The notes beneath the pieces were generated by a model, which had not been told where the DNA came from, made no database searches, and saw nothing but the letters and a program-made list of their open reading frames with translations. A program made the translations under genes and the position numbers. From NCBI RefSeq assembly GCF_009914755.1, contig NC_060933.1: 64,000 nucleotides of DNA; one strand, written 5' to 3'. This document shows positions 38,336 through 51,809 of this stretch, piece by piece. Numbering within the stretch: position 1 is the first letter of the stretch; the number at the start of each line of letters is the position of its first letter. The DNA comes from the human T2T-CHM13v2.0 reference genome, Homo sapiens.

Positions 38336-39059
38336 TTGACGTGGGAATATTTGTCTTGGCCATGAATGGATCTTCTGGGAGAGGGCCCGGAGGACACTCC
38401 CTAACATCCCTTAACTCTGTGTGGAGCTTGCCTTCACTTTCACACCTTCTCGATTATATTTTCTCCACTTCCATCTTCAGATGACTTCTTCAGGTCACAT
38501 GGCAAGGTGTTACCCTCTCTTCCTTCACATGGCGGAAGGCAGTGGATTTAGGAGATCACCGTGTCCACCCAGCTCTGCCCTTGACCAGCTTTGCGGCCCT
38601 GACAAGTTCCTTCCCTTCTGGGCTTCAGACTCCTTCTGGGGGGCATGGGAATGCCAGTGCCAGGGCCATTGTGAGGTTTATACGAGAACACCTGTTACTC
38701 CCGGCGTGCTTTGCTTCCCTTAGACAGATGCTCTCGTGCCGGTATCGGCTTCAGACACCCAGAGCATCCAAGACACCTTCTCTCTTCTTGCCCTTTGGTT
38801 TCAGGGGAGGAAAGGGAAGGCCCAGGACCTACTTTTACCTTTGCAGACCATTTTTGATAAGACTTTATGAGTAGAATCTGGGTGAGGGCTATAGAAATCA
38901 GCTGTCATGTAGGATGGACCAACTTAGTGAGATTTATACATTGCATCCTCGGGTTTAAATCCAGGTTCTCAAAAATTACCAATACATATTTAATACTTGG
39001 GGTGACTCAGCATTTGTGAGAATGAAGACTATCAGAGCTGGATCTTAAACATCTTCTAG

Positions 39060-39235
39060 CCCAGGGCTTCTCAAACCTAGTTGCACATTAGAATCACCGG
39101 GGAGCTTTGAAACAATGCTGATCCCCAGAGCCCACCCCTCAGACCAATTGAATCAGAACCCCTGGGGTTGGGGGTGGCAGGCAGCAACAATCTTTTCAAA
39201 CTCACCAGTGAGCACCAGGATGAGTCACTGATCTA
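39060..39235. mobile_element. MER5-family (hAT-Charlie) DNA transposon
   Basis: CAGGGCTTCTCAAACCTAGTTGCACATTAGAATCACCGGGGAGCTT...CAGACCAATTGAATCAGAA. Confidence 0.85.
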
Positions 39236-39529
39236 GCCCAACCCTTTTACTCTCAGATGGGGGCACAGACTTCATTGCCCAAAAGCTGGGCCCCCTGATG
39301 CCAAGGCCAGTTCTCTTCCCATCGTTACTTATTCAATAGGTTTCTTTGGATGCCATTATATGTTAGATACTGTTCTAGGAGCTGGGGGCGCAGCTATCAT
39401 GGAGCTTACCCTTTAAATGCACGAGTGGCCTCCAGATTGGTGGGGGCGGGGGGTGGGGGGAGCACATTGAAACTGGGTCCTTCCAGCAGTGTGTCAAGAA
39501 AGTCTTAGCCTCTGCACATCATTGGGATG

Positions 39530-39720
39530 GTAATGATAACAATAGCTAACACATGCTGAACATTTGTTTTAGATGTGTTATCTTTCTGAATCCTTGCTTC
39601 GCCCCTAGAATAATCAGCCCCATTTCCAGAGGCTGTATAAGTGTGTTTCATGGGTGCAGAGCTAGTGCCTGGTGGGCCTGGCATTTGAACCTAGGGCTGT
39701 CTGACACCAAAGCCCTTTCT
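39530..39720 (-). mobile_element. MIR SINE (degenerate)
   Basis: AATGATAACAATAGCTAACAC...GGCATTTGAACCTAGGGCTGTCTGACACCAAAGCCC. Confidence 0.65.
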
Positions 39721-39817
39721 GTTTACTGACTTTATTCTAAGGCAGCCAGTATAAAGATACAAAGAGAGCAGTTTCTGGAGAAATCTATCTGAATTTCCTC
39801 TCAAAGATGTAGCCCCT

Positions 39818-40354
39818 CCATCAGTTAGTTTTTGTTGCATAACAAACCACCCTAAAACTTAGGGCTTAAACCAACCAACATTTAGAATTTCTCATGGTTC
39901 TGTGGGTCAGTGGGTGATTATGCTGGTCTGGGTCAACCTGGCTGCAGCCGGATGGCCTGAGATGGCCCCACTCCCTTGTCTGTAGTTGGCAGGGTGGCTG
40001 CTCCAGGGATGCCTTACCTGGGGATGCTCGTGTTTGCTCCACGTGATCTCTCAGGCTCCAGAAGGCTTCTCTGAGCCTGTGTACTTGGCCGACCCAGCAC
40101 TCCAAAGCCAGGGAAGTCTAACCTGGCCTCACAAGCGTGTTTACGTCTCTGCTGGTGTCATAACTGCTAATGTCCCATTCACCAAAGCAAGTCACATGGC
40201 CAAGCCCAGATTCAAGGGGTGAAGAAATAGATTACACCTCTTGATGAGAGAAATGACAAATCATATTGCTAGGGGGCACACATACGCGGATAGTGTGACA
40301 TGACCGCGTAGGTGACAAATGGTGGGATTTGCCACCATTTTTGCCATCTACCAC
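39818..40354 (-). mobile_element. MaLR MLT1-family solo LTR
   Basis: GTTGCATAACAAACCACCCTAAAACTTAG and AAAGCAAGTCACATGGCCAAGCCCAGATTCAAGGGG hallmarks; ends GCCATCTACCAC. Confidence 0.85.
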
Positions 40355-40517
40355 TGCAGACCGCACCAAAGAAGACTTCCGGCCCTGACAGGTGCCAGGA
40401 GTTGTTAAGGAGGAAAAAAGTGTTGTATTGTTGAATTTATTTACATACACTTTAGAGCACTTTCTATGGTGCCCTAGAGATGCATACTTTATAATTAAGT
40501 AACTCTGGTGTTTGTGA

Positions 40518-40922
<405 letters not shown>

Positions 40923-41019
40923 TGAAGTAATTTAAACTGAACATCACCTTTTCTGGGGCTGTAACGTGAGGACTCCCCCGGGTGTTGTAGATCCTATCCT
41001 TTACTTCAGTATCCTGTAC

Positions 41020-41900
41020 CTTGTGTAATATCCCTTGTCTGATGTTTTCTCATAATAAGATCTGTTATGCATTTTGGCAGGAATCCTCCTGAGGCCATCG
41101 ATAGAGTCTCACTCTCAGTGCATCCTGTTGGGAGGCCCACGGTGCTGGTGTGACCCAGTACTGGTGAAGTTAGCTTCGATCACCTGGCGAAGGTGCTGTG
41201 TAGCAGGTTTCTTCACTGTAAACTTACTGCTTTTACCTTTGTAATTAGTAGGTAATTTGTGGGGAATACTGTAGGCCTACGTGAATAACTTGTTCCTCAT
41301 CAGATTTTCACCTGCCACTTTTAGCATCCATTGATTTTTATAACTCTGCCATTTCTCCAGTATATAAGGAAAAGGTTTCCCTTATCCTCAGCCAGTTTAT
41401 TTCTTTATATTGGTATGGACTAGGGTATTCTTACTCATAGTTGTCATTTTTTATTTTGATGCTCAAATGGATTCATATTTAGCCAATGGGAACCCCTTCA
41501 GGCTGGCTCTCATGCCCTTCTGCTGTGTTCCCATGATTCTTTGAGAACCTCTTTACTTTCTGGCACAACAAGATGTTCCTGGCCTTTTCCCTTCCTGCCC
41601 AGCACTGAATCAGCCACTTCTCCAAACAGCTCCTGTCTCTTTTAGAGGAGATGCTAGAAAGCAGAGTCTGGGTATGAGGAGTGCCCATTGCCTCTGAACT
41701 GCCGTTGCCTCAGCAGAGAGAAATGTATGCACACATGTGTGTAGAGAGAAATATATGTACACATATACATATAAGTGTACACACACACAGATGTGCGCTT
41801 ATGTATCTGTCTACAACTACATATTAAAACCGACTTTATAATGATACATCTGATTTTGATCCAATATCACAGAGTACATTCTGATCTTCCCATTGTTTTT
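41020..41900 (-). mobile_element. L1MC-like 3' UTR fragment
   Basis: GCATTTTGGCAGGAAT...CAGGTTTCTTCACTGTAAA...TTTCTGGCACAACAAGATGTTCC...GAATCAGCCACTTCTCCAA. Confidence 0.8.
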
Positions 41901-41929
41901 GCCAGCTTGGAACGTTAACATTCCTCAGC

Positions 41930-42640
41930 TCTGTCCCAGGTCTGCCTCTCTCACCATGTTCCAGAATATTTCATCTTCTCTCATGGTCTCAATTATCACC
42001 ATGCTGGTTACTTCCAAACTCACCCTCACATCCCCGCCCGCCAGGCCTCATTTCTGGATCTCCACCCGGCAGCCCTCACACACCCATCTCACATTCTCGG
42101 TCATAATGTTCTAACCAGTGTTGACCAGTTGCCTCCCCTTGGCTGTGGCCCAAGCCCCTCAAACCAGACACATGCTCAGCGGGACCCACGAGTTCATCTC
42201 TGCTGCTTTTCCGCTGGCCCCCACGCCCCGTCAGTACCTGGCATTTCATTCTCCCAGCTCTTTAGGCCAGGATCCTGGGGTCACCCTTGATTCCGCCTTG
42301 CCCCTCTGCAGCCAGTGGCCAGGTCTCTTGATTCTTCCATCTAAATGTCCCTTGGCCTTCCCCAGCCACTCCATTCTTACTGCCACTGCCCTCATCCGGG
42401 CCACCAGCGTCCCTCGCCTGGTTCAGTGTCAGAACTTCCTCCCTGGTGTTCCTGCTCCAGCCTCACTCCCTGTAATTCATTCTCCTCTCCATAGCCAGGG
42501 AGACGCTGTTAAAACCTAAATCTCCCCATCTCTCTCTCCAGCTCAAAGACCCTTTGGTGGCTCCCCAGGGACCTCATGATGTCCTTCAGTCTGCTGAGAA
42601 TGGCCATCAGGACTCCTGGCAGGCTGGTTCTTGGTTGTCT
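41930..42640 (+). mobile_element. L2 LINE fragment
   Basis: CTCATGGTCTCAATTATCACCATGCTGGTTACTTCCAAA, GGGGTCACCCTTGATTCC, CTCAAAGACCCTTTGGTGGCTCCCCA. Confidence 0.8.
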
Positions 42641-42801
42641 CTGGACCCTACTTCTATGCAACAGTTAAAAAGGCTGAGACACAGAGCTCTAAGAATTGAT
42701 GTGGAAACACAGTCAATTGAAAAAAAGTAAATTGCAAAACAGTTACTTATGCTGTGATGCTATTTTTATTAAAAACACGAATACATACAAAACAAAATTC
42801 T

Positions 42802-42965
42802 GGCCAGCTGTAGTGGCTCATGCCTGTAATCCCAGCTACTTGGGAGGCTGAGGCAGGAAGACCCCTTGAGCCCAGGATTTCGGGGCTACACACAGCTATG
42901 ATGGCACCACTGCACTTCAGCCTGGGTGATAGAGCAAAAGTCCATGTCTAAAAAATAAAAAAATA
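42802..42965 (+). mobile_element. FRAM/FAM Alu monomer inserted in an old L1 fragment
   Basis: GGCCAGCTGTAGTGGCTCATGCCTGTAATCCCAGCTACTTGGGAGG...CACTGCACTTCAGCCTGGG + A tail; single right-arm-type monomer. Confidence 0.85.
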
Positions 42966-43701
42966 ATATTCTGTCCTTTTTCTATACATGCCAACACGCA
43001 GGTGAATGCATGGGAGACAGGCCGGCAGGACCCCAGGCACTGTGTACAGACCACTACCAAGGCTTGCTCTGAGAAGGGTCCAGGGATCAGCGGCTCCGGA
43101 TTCAAGGGGTGCTTTGACTTAGCTATCCTATTGGAATGGTTTCCTTAGAAAATATATTCATGTGCTGAAGTGTTAAAGAGTACAACTTAAAAATATAGAT
43201 GGGTTGGTTTTGAGAAGGTAAAAAGAGCCCTGGCAGAGAAAGTGCGTCTTCCAAGCCTGAGGTTCCCTGCTCCACAACCGAGGGGTGTATGTGATGCTCA
43301 GCCTGGGGGACAGGCGTGCTCCGTAGTCACAGGCCATGCCTGTCAGGCCCTTGCTGTCAGTTACCCCCCGTGGCTGCAGATCACACTGCCTGTTTTAGAG
43401 CATGCCTTCTTCCAGAGGATGTGGTCGCTACTAGTGGTAACGTATCTGCATTGGACCTTGGGTCTGCTTTTTGTTCTGCATCTACAAAGCTCCTTTGGTC
43501 TCGAGCTCACTGAGGAGTTTCTGCGTTTGTCGCTGTGGGCAGCAGGTGTGTGCACTGACCCAGTGGCCCCTCAGCCACCAGGGTACCTTTGAACTCATGT
43601 GGAAAAGTATCACTGAGTTGCGTTTTATCTTTACCTTGAGCAAAATGCAGTTGATCCCTGCCCCAAGCCATTAAATATTTATAACGTTAAAAAAATGTTT
43701 C

Positions 43702-44416
43702 TTTAATGTCTCTGAGCCTCTCTTTTCTAAACTGTGGAAGAAAGACAATAACAATACCTGGACTGCTATGATGTTTAAATGAGATAAAAACATAAGGCCC
43801 TAGGTACAAACTAGCTGCTCAGTAACTGTTAGCCACTGGTATTAGTATTAGTGAGTATTAGTGTTATTACTGTCGTACAGAGGAAAATACCCTTTCGCGG
43901 TAGACCCCTTTCTGCCTGCTTTCCCATAAAAACAGGAGTGCAGCCATATTAAATTACATAACCCAGGGGCTGTGAGTCCCAACCCAAAGACGTTTGGAGG
44001 GACAAAAGCAATGTTTGCTGAGGAGTAACTCATTGGGTCCCCCAGACCATGGCTCTCCGTGGTGTCTGCTATCTCTGGTGTTGCAAGTCAAGCTCGACTT
44101 GGAAGCAAGATCCAAGCTTCTGAGGCTCAGTGAGAATGTTCTTGTTGTGTGTCGAGTTTCTTGTGGGTGTGGACTGTGGGGCAGCTGCCTTCCCTCTGTG
44201 CTCCCATAGCTTTCAGAGAACTGCCCTGGACCTGCATGAGGTTGTGCAGCCCAGCACTGCACCCTGGACCCTGGAGGGAGGGACTGCCCTGAAGGAGGAG
44301 GTGGGGGCGCTGGTGGCCCTAGATTCCTCCCAGGGCACTAGGGATGCAGAGGGATGAAGCGAGCCCCTCAATTACAGTCTTCTGTGTAGAGATGGGGAGC
44401 CTAGGAGGAGTCAGTG

Positions 44417-44459
<43 letters not shown>

Positions 44460-44856
44460 CCAGATTGCTCATGCCAAATAGAACCTCTAAGAATGTTCGT
44501 TTGTGGTGTGAGGGCACCCTGGTCTGGGTGCCCAATGAGTGACTCCTTAGCAAACATTGCTTCCGTCCCACCAAACGTCTTTGGATTGGGTCTCACAGCC
44601 CATGGATTGTGTAATTTAATATGGCTGCACTTACGTTCTTATGTGAAAGCAGGTAGAAAAAGGTCAACCGTGAAAGGGTATTTCCCTCTGTACAGCAGTA
44701 ATAACACTAACACTAATACGAATGGCTAACAGTTACTGAGCAGTTCGTTCGTACCTAGGGCTTTATGTTTTTATCTTGTTTGAATGTCATTGCAGTCCAG
44801 GTATTATTATTTTCTCTCTTCTACAGCTGAGGAAAGAGAGGCTCAGAGAGATTAAA
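43702..44856. repeat. Inverted duplication, arms ~43702-44052 and ~44518-44856 (MIR half plus unique DNA)
   Basis: Arms are reverse complements at roughly 85% identity by eye; the ORF track shows near-identical peptides on opposite strands (43848-44033 - and 44421-44729 +). Confidence 0.95.
44420..44456 (+). repeat. (TG)18 microsatellite
   Basis: Uninterrupted TG run. Confidence 0.98.
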
Positions 44857-45029
44857 TACTTGTCCCAAATTACAGAACTAGTTAGAAGTGGGGCCTGGTC
44901 TAAACTCATTTCCTGCAGAAACAGCTGCTTTCGACATAAAACCGCAGCCTTGCCCCATTTTCTCAGTGGCTGCTGTGGTCAGGCTGTTCTTTCCTGTTGC
45001 TGTCTGATCCCTCAGCGGTGCTGCGGAGT

Positions 45030-45175
45030 GGGCACAATTATCCTCATATGACAGATGAAAATCTGACTCTGAGGCTAAGTGACTTGCCCAAAGCCATACG
45101 GCCAACAAGCACTGGGCCCAGCTCGGCGTTCACACGTGTCTGACTCCGGCGCCTGTGCTCCGTCCTCCCGTGCTG
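45030..45175 (-). mobile_element. MIR SINE
   Basis: ATTATCCTCATATGACAGATGAAAATCTGAC...AGGCTAAGTGACTTGCCCAAAGCCA. Confidence 0.75.
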
Positions 45176-46879
45176 CCTCTCACGCGGGGGACTCGGGAGG
45201 CTCCTGCAGTGGCTGATAAATCACTCCTTTTGGCTTATGAATAACATGGCAAAACAAATTACTTTGGGGATCTAGAAGGAAGTTGTTGGCCCTGTGTAAA
45301 CTCAATTGGAATGTCACTGAGCAGACAGCTCTGGAGGCATCTACAAATATCTTCCAAGGAATATCCCCAAAGTGAAATCACCAAGAAAGCAAAACAGGCT
45401 CCGTGTTTTGGTTTGCAAATGAGTTTTGAGAAATGGCCTTGAGATCTTGAGTTGTTGGCGTTTTCCCCATTACAAATTGTAAAGGACTTTTGAAACGCCA
45501 CAGGAAAGGGGAGAAGAAAGGCTTAGGGTTGCTGATTATTTACAGCTCCAAGCCCCGGGCAGGTACACAGAATTAAAGGCCTCCCACCACTCCAATTGCA
45601 TTTAATTTTATTCCGAAAATGACTACCTGCCAATAAGCCTCATTGTTCACCAGCATCTCTGCAAGTACTTTGAGGTACTATTACCCGAGTTCACTTAACA
45701 CCGCTTGACAACTTTAAGCAGATAACAATTGAGGTGCTGGTAATAGAGTCTGGTTTTTTTTTTTAATTTTTACATTTTTACCACATGACTTTATGACTCT
45801 CTTTATCAAGCGTGTTGAAATTAATCCATGTGTTGATTGGAGTATTTCCTCACCCCTGCTGTGTATTGAGATGTTGGGGAGGGATAAGGGTTGGCGGCTC
45901 TGAGCAGCTAGGTATTCCGGGGCAATGGGTGGTCCTAAGTCCGGAGCCTTGGGAGTTGGTCAGTGGTGGGTTTGTGTTGAGCCTGCAGAAGTCTGAGGTG
46001 TGTGTTTGGAGGGGAGAATCAAGGGATGGCTCTGGAGGACTGCCTTGGCAGGTAAAATTATAGTTCCCATATGAAGGGAGGATGCAGGAGCTATAATCCC
46101 ATCTCGTTGCCAGGCAAAGTTCCTACAGATTCATGGCAGAGCTGTCTGTGCAAGCAGGAATCCAATTTTATGTCCAAACAAATGCAGCATGCAGATTGGA
46201 CTGACTGCTTCCCCGAGAATAGCAAAGACAGGCATTCAGGTCAGCTGGCAAAAAAAAAAAAAAAACCACCACCCCCTTTTTCCTCCTTTAAAATAGGGGG
46301 TGGGATTAATACAGTAGCAGATTAGAGCTTTATTTGTTTAAACCTTGTAGAATCTGTAAGCATTCACAATCCCCTTGACTTGTAGTGCCTGATTGTAAAA
46401 AGAACAGTTGAATGAGCTCATTGTTTTCTGGTTTTTTTCTTTAATGTATTTTACAAACACTCTGGTGACAGGCCTGACATGCTGATTTCTATGTACTGGC
46501 ACTTCAGTTTGGGATTACAGCATTAATAACAGAGTTCCATGCATCATGCCATTTTTAAGCATGATCGTTATGATAAAGGGCATATACTTAATTACAGGCC
46601 TGCTTAATTACAGCTCTGTTGAAGCTCGTTTGTTTAGGAGAATGCTAATTGCGCCACAGAGCCAGCGGCACATCCTTGCTTTCATCTGCTGGAGGTAGCT
46701 CGATGCTGTGGATCAGCATTTTGTTAAAACTGCCACCAAAAATAAAAAAAAAATTTAAAAACAAGAAGAAGAAGAAAGCACTGGCCTAGTACTGAAAGGA
46801 AACCTGCCCCAGCACATGGCTTTTGGTAAGAGCAGAAGCCAGGGTTAGGTGACCAGCCCTCCCTACGTGGTGGGTGCTT

Positions 46880-47055
46880 TATCTCTGTCGTCTTATTTCA
46901 TTTTTCTTCACCCTCACCACAGCCCGCAGAGGCAGCTGTAGTATTATGCCCACCTTACAGACAGGGCAAGTAAGGCTCAGAGAGGTGGGGTGGCCTGTGC
47001 AACAGCTGCACATCTGCACCTGCTGAGCTGCAGCAAAAACTCAGGTCTGCCAAGC
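46880..47055 (-). mobile_element. MIR SINE
   Basis: TATTATGCCCACCTTACAGACAGGGCAAGTAAGGCTCAGAGAGG. Confidence 0.65.
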
Positions 47056-47168
47056 TCCCAGCCCCTCCTTCCCTGCCATAGCCCCCCATAGCCCCAGAGC
47101 AGGTTACACTCTGGGTTTGAATCCTGGCTCCAGCCAAGCCTCATAACTCCTCTAAGCCTTGCAAGTGG

Positions 47169-47614
47169 TGTATTAGTTCATTCTTGCGTTACTATAAAGA
47201 AATACCTGAGACTGGGTAATTTATAAGAAAAGGTTTAATTGACTCATGGTTCTGCAGGCTGTACAGGAAGCATGGCAGCATCTGCTTCTGGGGAGCCCTC
47301 AGGAAGCTTCCAATCATAGTGGAGGCAAATCCAGAACAGGCTCATCACATGGCCAGAGCAGGAACAAGAATGCCAGAGCAGGAACAAGAAAGCCAAAGAG
47401 CGGAAGGTGCCACACGCCTTTAAACAACCAGATCTCGCGAGGACTCACTCGCTATCACAAGGACAGCACCACGGGGAAGCTGCTAAACCATCCACAAGAA
47501 ATCCTCTCCCCACATAGCTCAGTCATCTCCCGCCGGGCCCCCTCCAATACCGGGGATTACAATTGAACATGAGATTTGGGTATTTGGGTGGGGACACAGA
47601 TTCAAGCCACGTTA
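47169..47614 (-). mobile_element. MaLR solo LTR, MST family
   Basis: TGTATTAG start, AAGAAATACCTGAGACTGGGTAATTTATAAG hallmark, TSD AGTGG (47164-47168 and 47615-47619); internal tandem GCCAGAGCAGGAACAAGAA x2. Confidence 0.9.
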
Positions 47615-48849
47615 AGTGGTAATGTTGAGGCTTGAGTTATTTGATGCCTGTTCACCACCTTGTGTATGGGCAGTAAGCACGGATTCCCTTTCCTTTTCTA
47701 TTTTGTAGAACTGGGCTTGGGGAGAACTTCTTTACCTCCCAGGTTTGTTGGGGGTGGGGGGCTTTGTCATGGCACACTGAGAGCTCCAGGGCCTGGAGAG
47801 AGGGCCACTTTGTACCTGGGTGCCGTCTTTGGCTCTGCCAAGGAAAGGGTAGGTGCTGTCCCTGCATCTAGGTTGTGAGTGCAGACTGGTCAGGCAGCGT
47901 GGGGGGATGAAGCCCCATCCAAGCCCTTAGGCTGCATGGAAGGGGCAGGTCAGGGGTGAAAATGTGTGTCTCGTTCCCAGCTCTGCCTCCATCCAGCTCC
48001 TCGAACAGCATGTCACCCTGCATGGGACTCAGAAATAGACTAAATGCTAGAACATCACAGTCTCTCTGCTCTAAAATAATAACAAAGACAAAATGCTAGT
48101 TGCAGCTAGGGAAAAAGAAAGGAAGAAAGTAAACGTGGCTCCCCAGGAGAAGCCAGGACGGAGATGATTCATGAACATTCTTTTGGATTGCATGAAGAAT
48201 GCATGCCGTTGATTTTAAGAATTATGTTTTGCAAACCTCTAGATGTTTTAAAATATGAAAAGGCTGCCCAGATGAGAGGAGACATGGATGTTACAGAATT
48301 AAGAGGGGATTTAGCAGTCCCACAGATCAGCTTTCTACCCAACACACAAAATCCCTCCCTAGCTCCCCAGCAAGTCGCTGTCTGCGTCTAGCCCCTTATG
48401 CTGTGACCACCATGAAAACATGTGCAGACATTTGATTATGTTCACCTCAAGTCTTCTCTTATCTGAACCGCCACTTTTGCTGCAGTTCTCATGTGCTGGA
48501 CACCATACTGGGCTCTGAGGGTGCTGGGCAGGGTGCTAGGATGAACAGAAATGGACAGGATTGTGCCTTCCTGGGCCATCGAACCTGATGGCTGCTTCTC
48601 CTTTCCCTCACATGGTCTGGCTTCAGGTTCCCTCACCACTCTGGCCTCCTTGAAGGCCCCCGGGATGACCCTCTGGGAAGGTGGTTCTGGCTCTGAGCGC
48701 CCCACTCAAGCTCCAAGTAGACCAGGGTGAGTGACTCATCCGGGCACCAGGACTGCGGCACTGTAACCTTATGATGCTCCGTTTAAATAGTCAGATCACG
48801 TCATTGACTTACTCACCTACAGCCGCCTTCTTTCCTGTCTCCTGCTGTT

Positions 48850-49370
48850 ATTCCACGCCTCTTCCATTCCATCCAACACAGTTGGGTTTTCGGACCTACA
48901 CTACGAGACTCTTCATGGGTCTCTAGTGAACTCCTTCCATTACATTTGGCCCACGATCACAACTTTTTGAGACTTTACTGGTTTTCACTCTGTTATCTGG
49001 TTTGTAGACTGCCCACCTCGGCTTCCCATCAGGCGTGCATTAGATGAGCATACCCTGTGTGTCTTCATTTGAGTCATTGATCATGCCCTGGGCACCCTTC
49101 ACAGGGGTCACTTAAAGTTAGCATTGGTCTCTTAATCAGCTTCTTGAATGTGTGGTTCAACCAGTTATGGATTCTGCTAACCTCCACAGTAGCCAGCTGT
49201 ATTTATCCATCTTGTGTACATGGATAACATGAGAAAATTTGTAAGATGCTTTGCTGAAATCCATATTATTTCAGCCTGCTTTAATCTTTGATATACTAGA
49301 TTTTCTAAAATAAGTGGGATTTGGTGGGCAGATTATCTGCTTAGCAGAGTCTTGCTGGTCCTGGTGGCAC
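48850..49370 (-). mobile_element. CR1/L3 LINE fossil (reverse-transcriptase region)
   Basis: Minus-strand translation gives DFSKASYKFSHVIHVHKMDKY then, in another frame, IHNWLN...QGMINDSNEDTQGMLI*, resembling CR1 RT LDFSKAFDKVSH..., WIHNWL..., FINDLDEGIEGMLIKFADD. Confidence 0.75.
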
Positions 49371-49519
49371 TTGCTTCTCTTTGGAGCCTCCCTGTGCTGG
49401 TGAGAAGGGCACTGTGAGAGCCCCGCTCCTCTTGATTCAGCTCCCACTGTGAGCTTCAGCCCATGGGATCCTATCACCTCCTCTTTCTTTCCTCTGAGTT
49501 TGTTAAAATCTGTTTTCTA

Positions 49520-49655
49520 GGCCATGTGTGGTGGCTCACACCTGTAATCCCAACACTTTGGGAAGTCGGGCTGGGAAAGTCACTTGAGGCCAGAAGTTCA
49601 AGACCAGCCTGGACAGCCTGGACAGTGAGACCCCCATCTCTACAAAAAATAAAAG
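49520..49655 (+). mobile_element. FLAM Alu monomer
   Basis: GGCCATGTGTGGTGGCTCACACCTGTAATCCC...AGACCCCCATCTCTACAAAAAATAAAA; degenerate TSD TAAAA(G)TCT(G/A)TTTTCTA. Confidence 0.85.
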
Positions 49656-50376
49656 TCTATTTTCTAGAAGAACATAGGGAGCATCTGACTATGCCCCTCC
49701 TTCTGTCGTGAACTCTCAGACGGTGGTGGTCTGTCCTGAGGCTCCCGTCTCTGTCACTTGACCAGACAGCTCCTCCTTGCAGTTAGGATTAGGTCAGAGC
49801 AGGTCTCCTCATCTCTGCTGCTGGTCCAGTCAGGAGCACATGGGCCGAGGGGTGGAGCGAGGCCGTCAAAGTCCTGAGGGCCCCCCTTGCTGCTGCATCT
49901 TGCTCCTCAGACATTTCAGGAATGCGTCTTCCTTCCCTCCCAGTGGCTGCTGTGCGGCATCCCGCAATGGTCTCACATCTCATCTTTGCCTCCTCACTAA
50001 GGTGTTACCGCTGAGCCTGCCTGAGGGCCAGAAGGTGCCCTCACCCAGGCACCTCAATGCCTGCATGTGGAGCAGGTTGGCCATGGGCCCCACCAACTCC
50101 CCAGGGTGCCCCAGAAGGTCTGGGAGGGAGGGCTTCACCTCTGGAGGGCAGATGTGACGAGGGCCTGCAGACAAACGGGAAGTGCCTCTGAGGGACTTCA
50201 GGGCCCACTGGGAGGTGGGGTGAGCACCCTGCCCGCTCCCTGCAGTCTCTCAGTGGCTAAGGGAGGGCCTTGTCCTAATCATATGTGGGTGTGTGTATGC
50301 ATATGCATACGTATGCACTTATAATGGAAATATATAATTTATACCTTACATATTATATATACAAAATGTAGAATCT

Positions 50377-51146
<770 letters not shown>

Positions 51147-51191
51147 ATATATGTACAAAAAATGCTATTGTTGATATCTAAGTTTTACAAG

Positions 51192-51555
51192 TGTATAGTC
51201 CATTTTCATACTGCTATGAAGAAATACGTAAGACTTCATAATTTATAAAGAAAGAGAGGTTTAATGGACTCACAGTTCCACATGGCTGGGGACACCTCAC
51301 AATCATGGCAGAAGGCAAAGGAGGAGCAAAGGCATGCCTTACATGGCAGCAGGCAAGAGAGCATGTGCAGGGGAAACTCCCCTTTATAAAACCATCAGAT
51401 CTCATGAGACTTATTCACTCTCATGAGAATAGCATGGCAAAAACCCGCCCCCATGATTCAATTACCTCCCACTGGCTCCCTCCCACAACTCGTGGGGATT
51501 ATAGGAGCTACAATTCAAGATGATATTTGGGCGGGGACATAGCTAAACTATATCA
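51192..51555 (-). mobile_element. MaLR solo LTR, THE1 family (C/D-like)
   Basis: GGACTCACAGTTCCACATGGCTGGGG, AAAACCATCAGATCTCATGAGACTTATTCAC hallmarks; TSD ACAAG (51187-51191 and 51556-51560). Confidence 0.92.
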
Positions 51556-51809
51556 ACAAGTTACTTTTTTATCCTTGATTTTTATTTAAAGCCCTAAACT
51601 CAGAGCAGCCAGCCTGGGCAACCCATTCTTCCTCATCTCCTCTGCTGACTAGCAAGGCAAGAGCGCAGCGTGACAGGAGGCCTGGCTACTGTAGTCAGAA
51701 AGCCAGGCTTACGGGACCACCTATGTTTCTAGATCCTTCTCTTTCAAAGACGTGATCATCAGTTGGAAGGAGAAAGAAACACACGCTCCTTGTGGGAGCA
51801 GGGAGAAAC

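Noticed and set aside
43848-44729. Pair of paralogous small peptides on opposite strands
   Set aside because: Similarity is a by-product of the DNA inverted duplication; one ORF starts inside the (TG)n tract and no coding features are evident.
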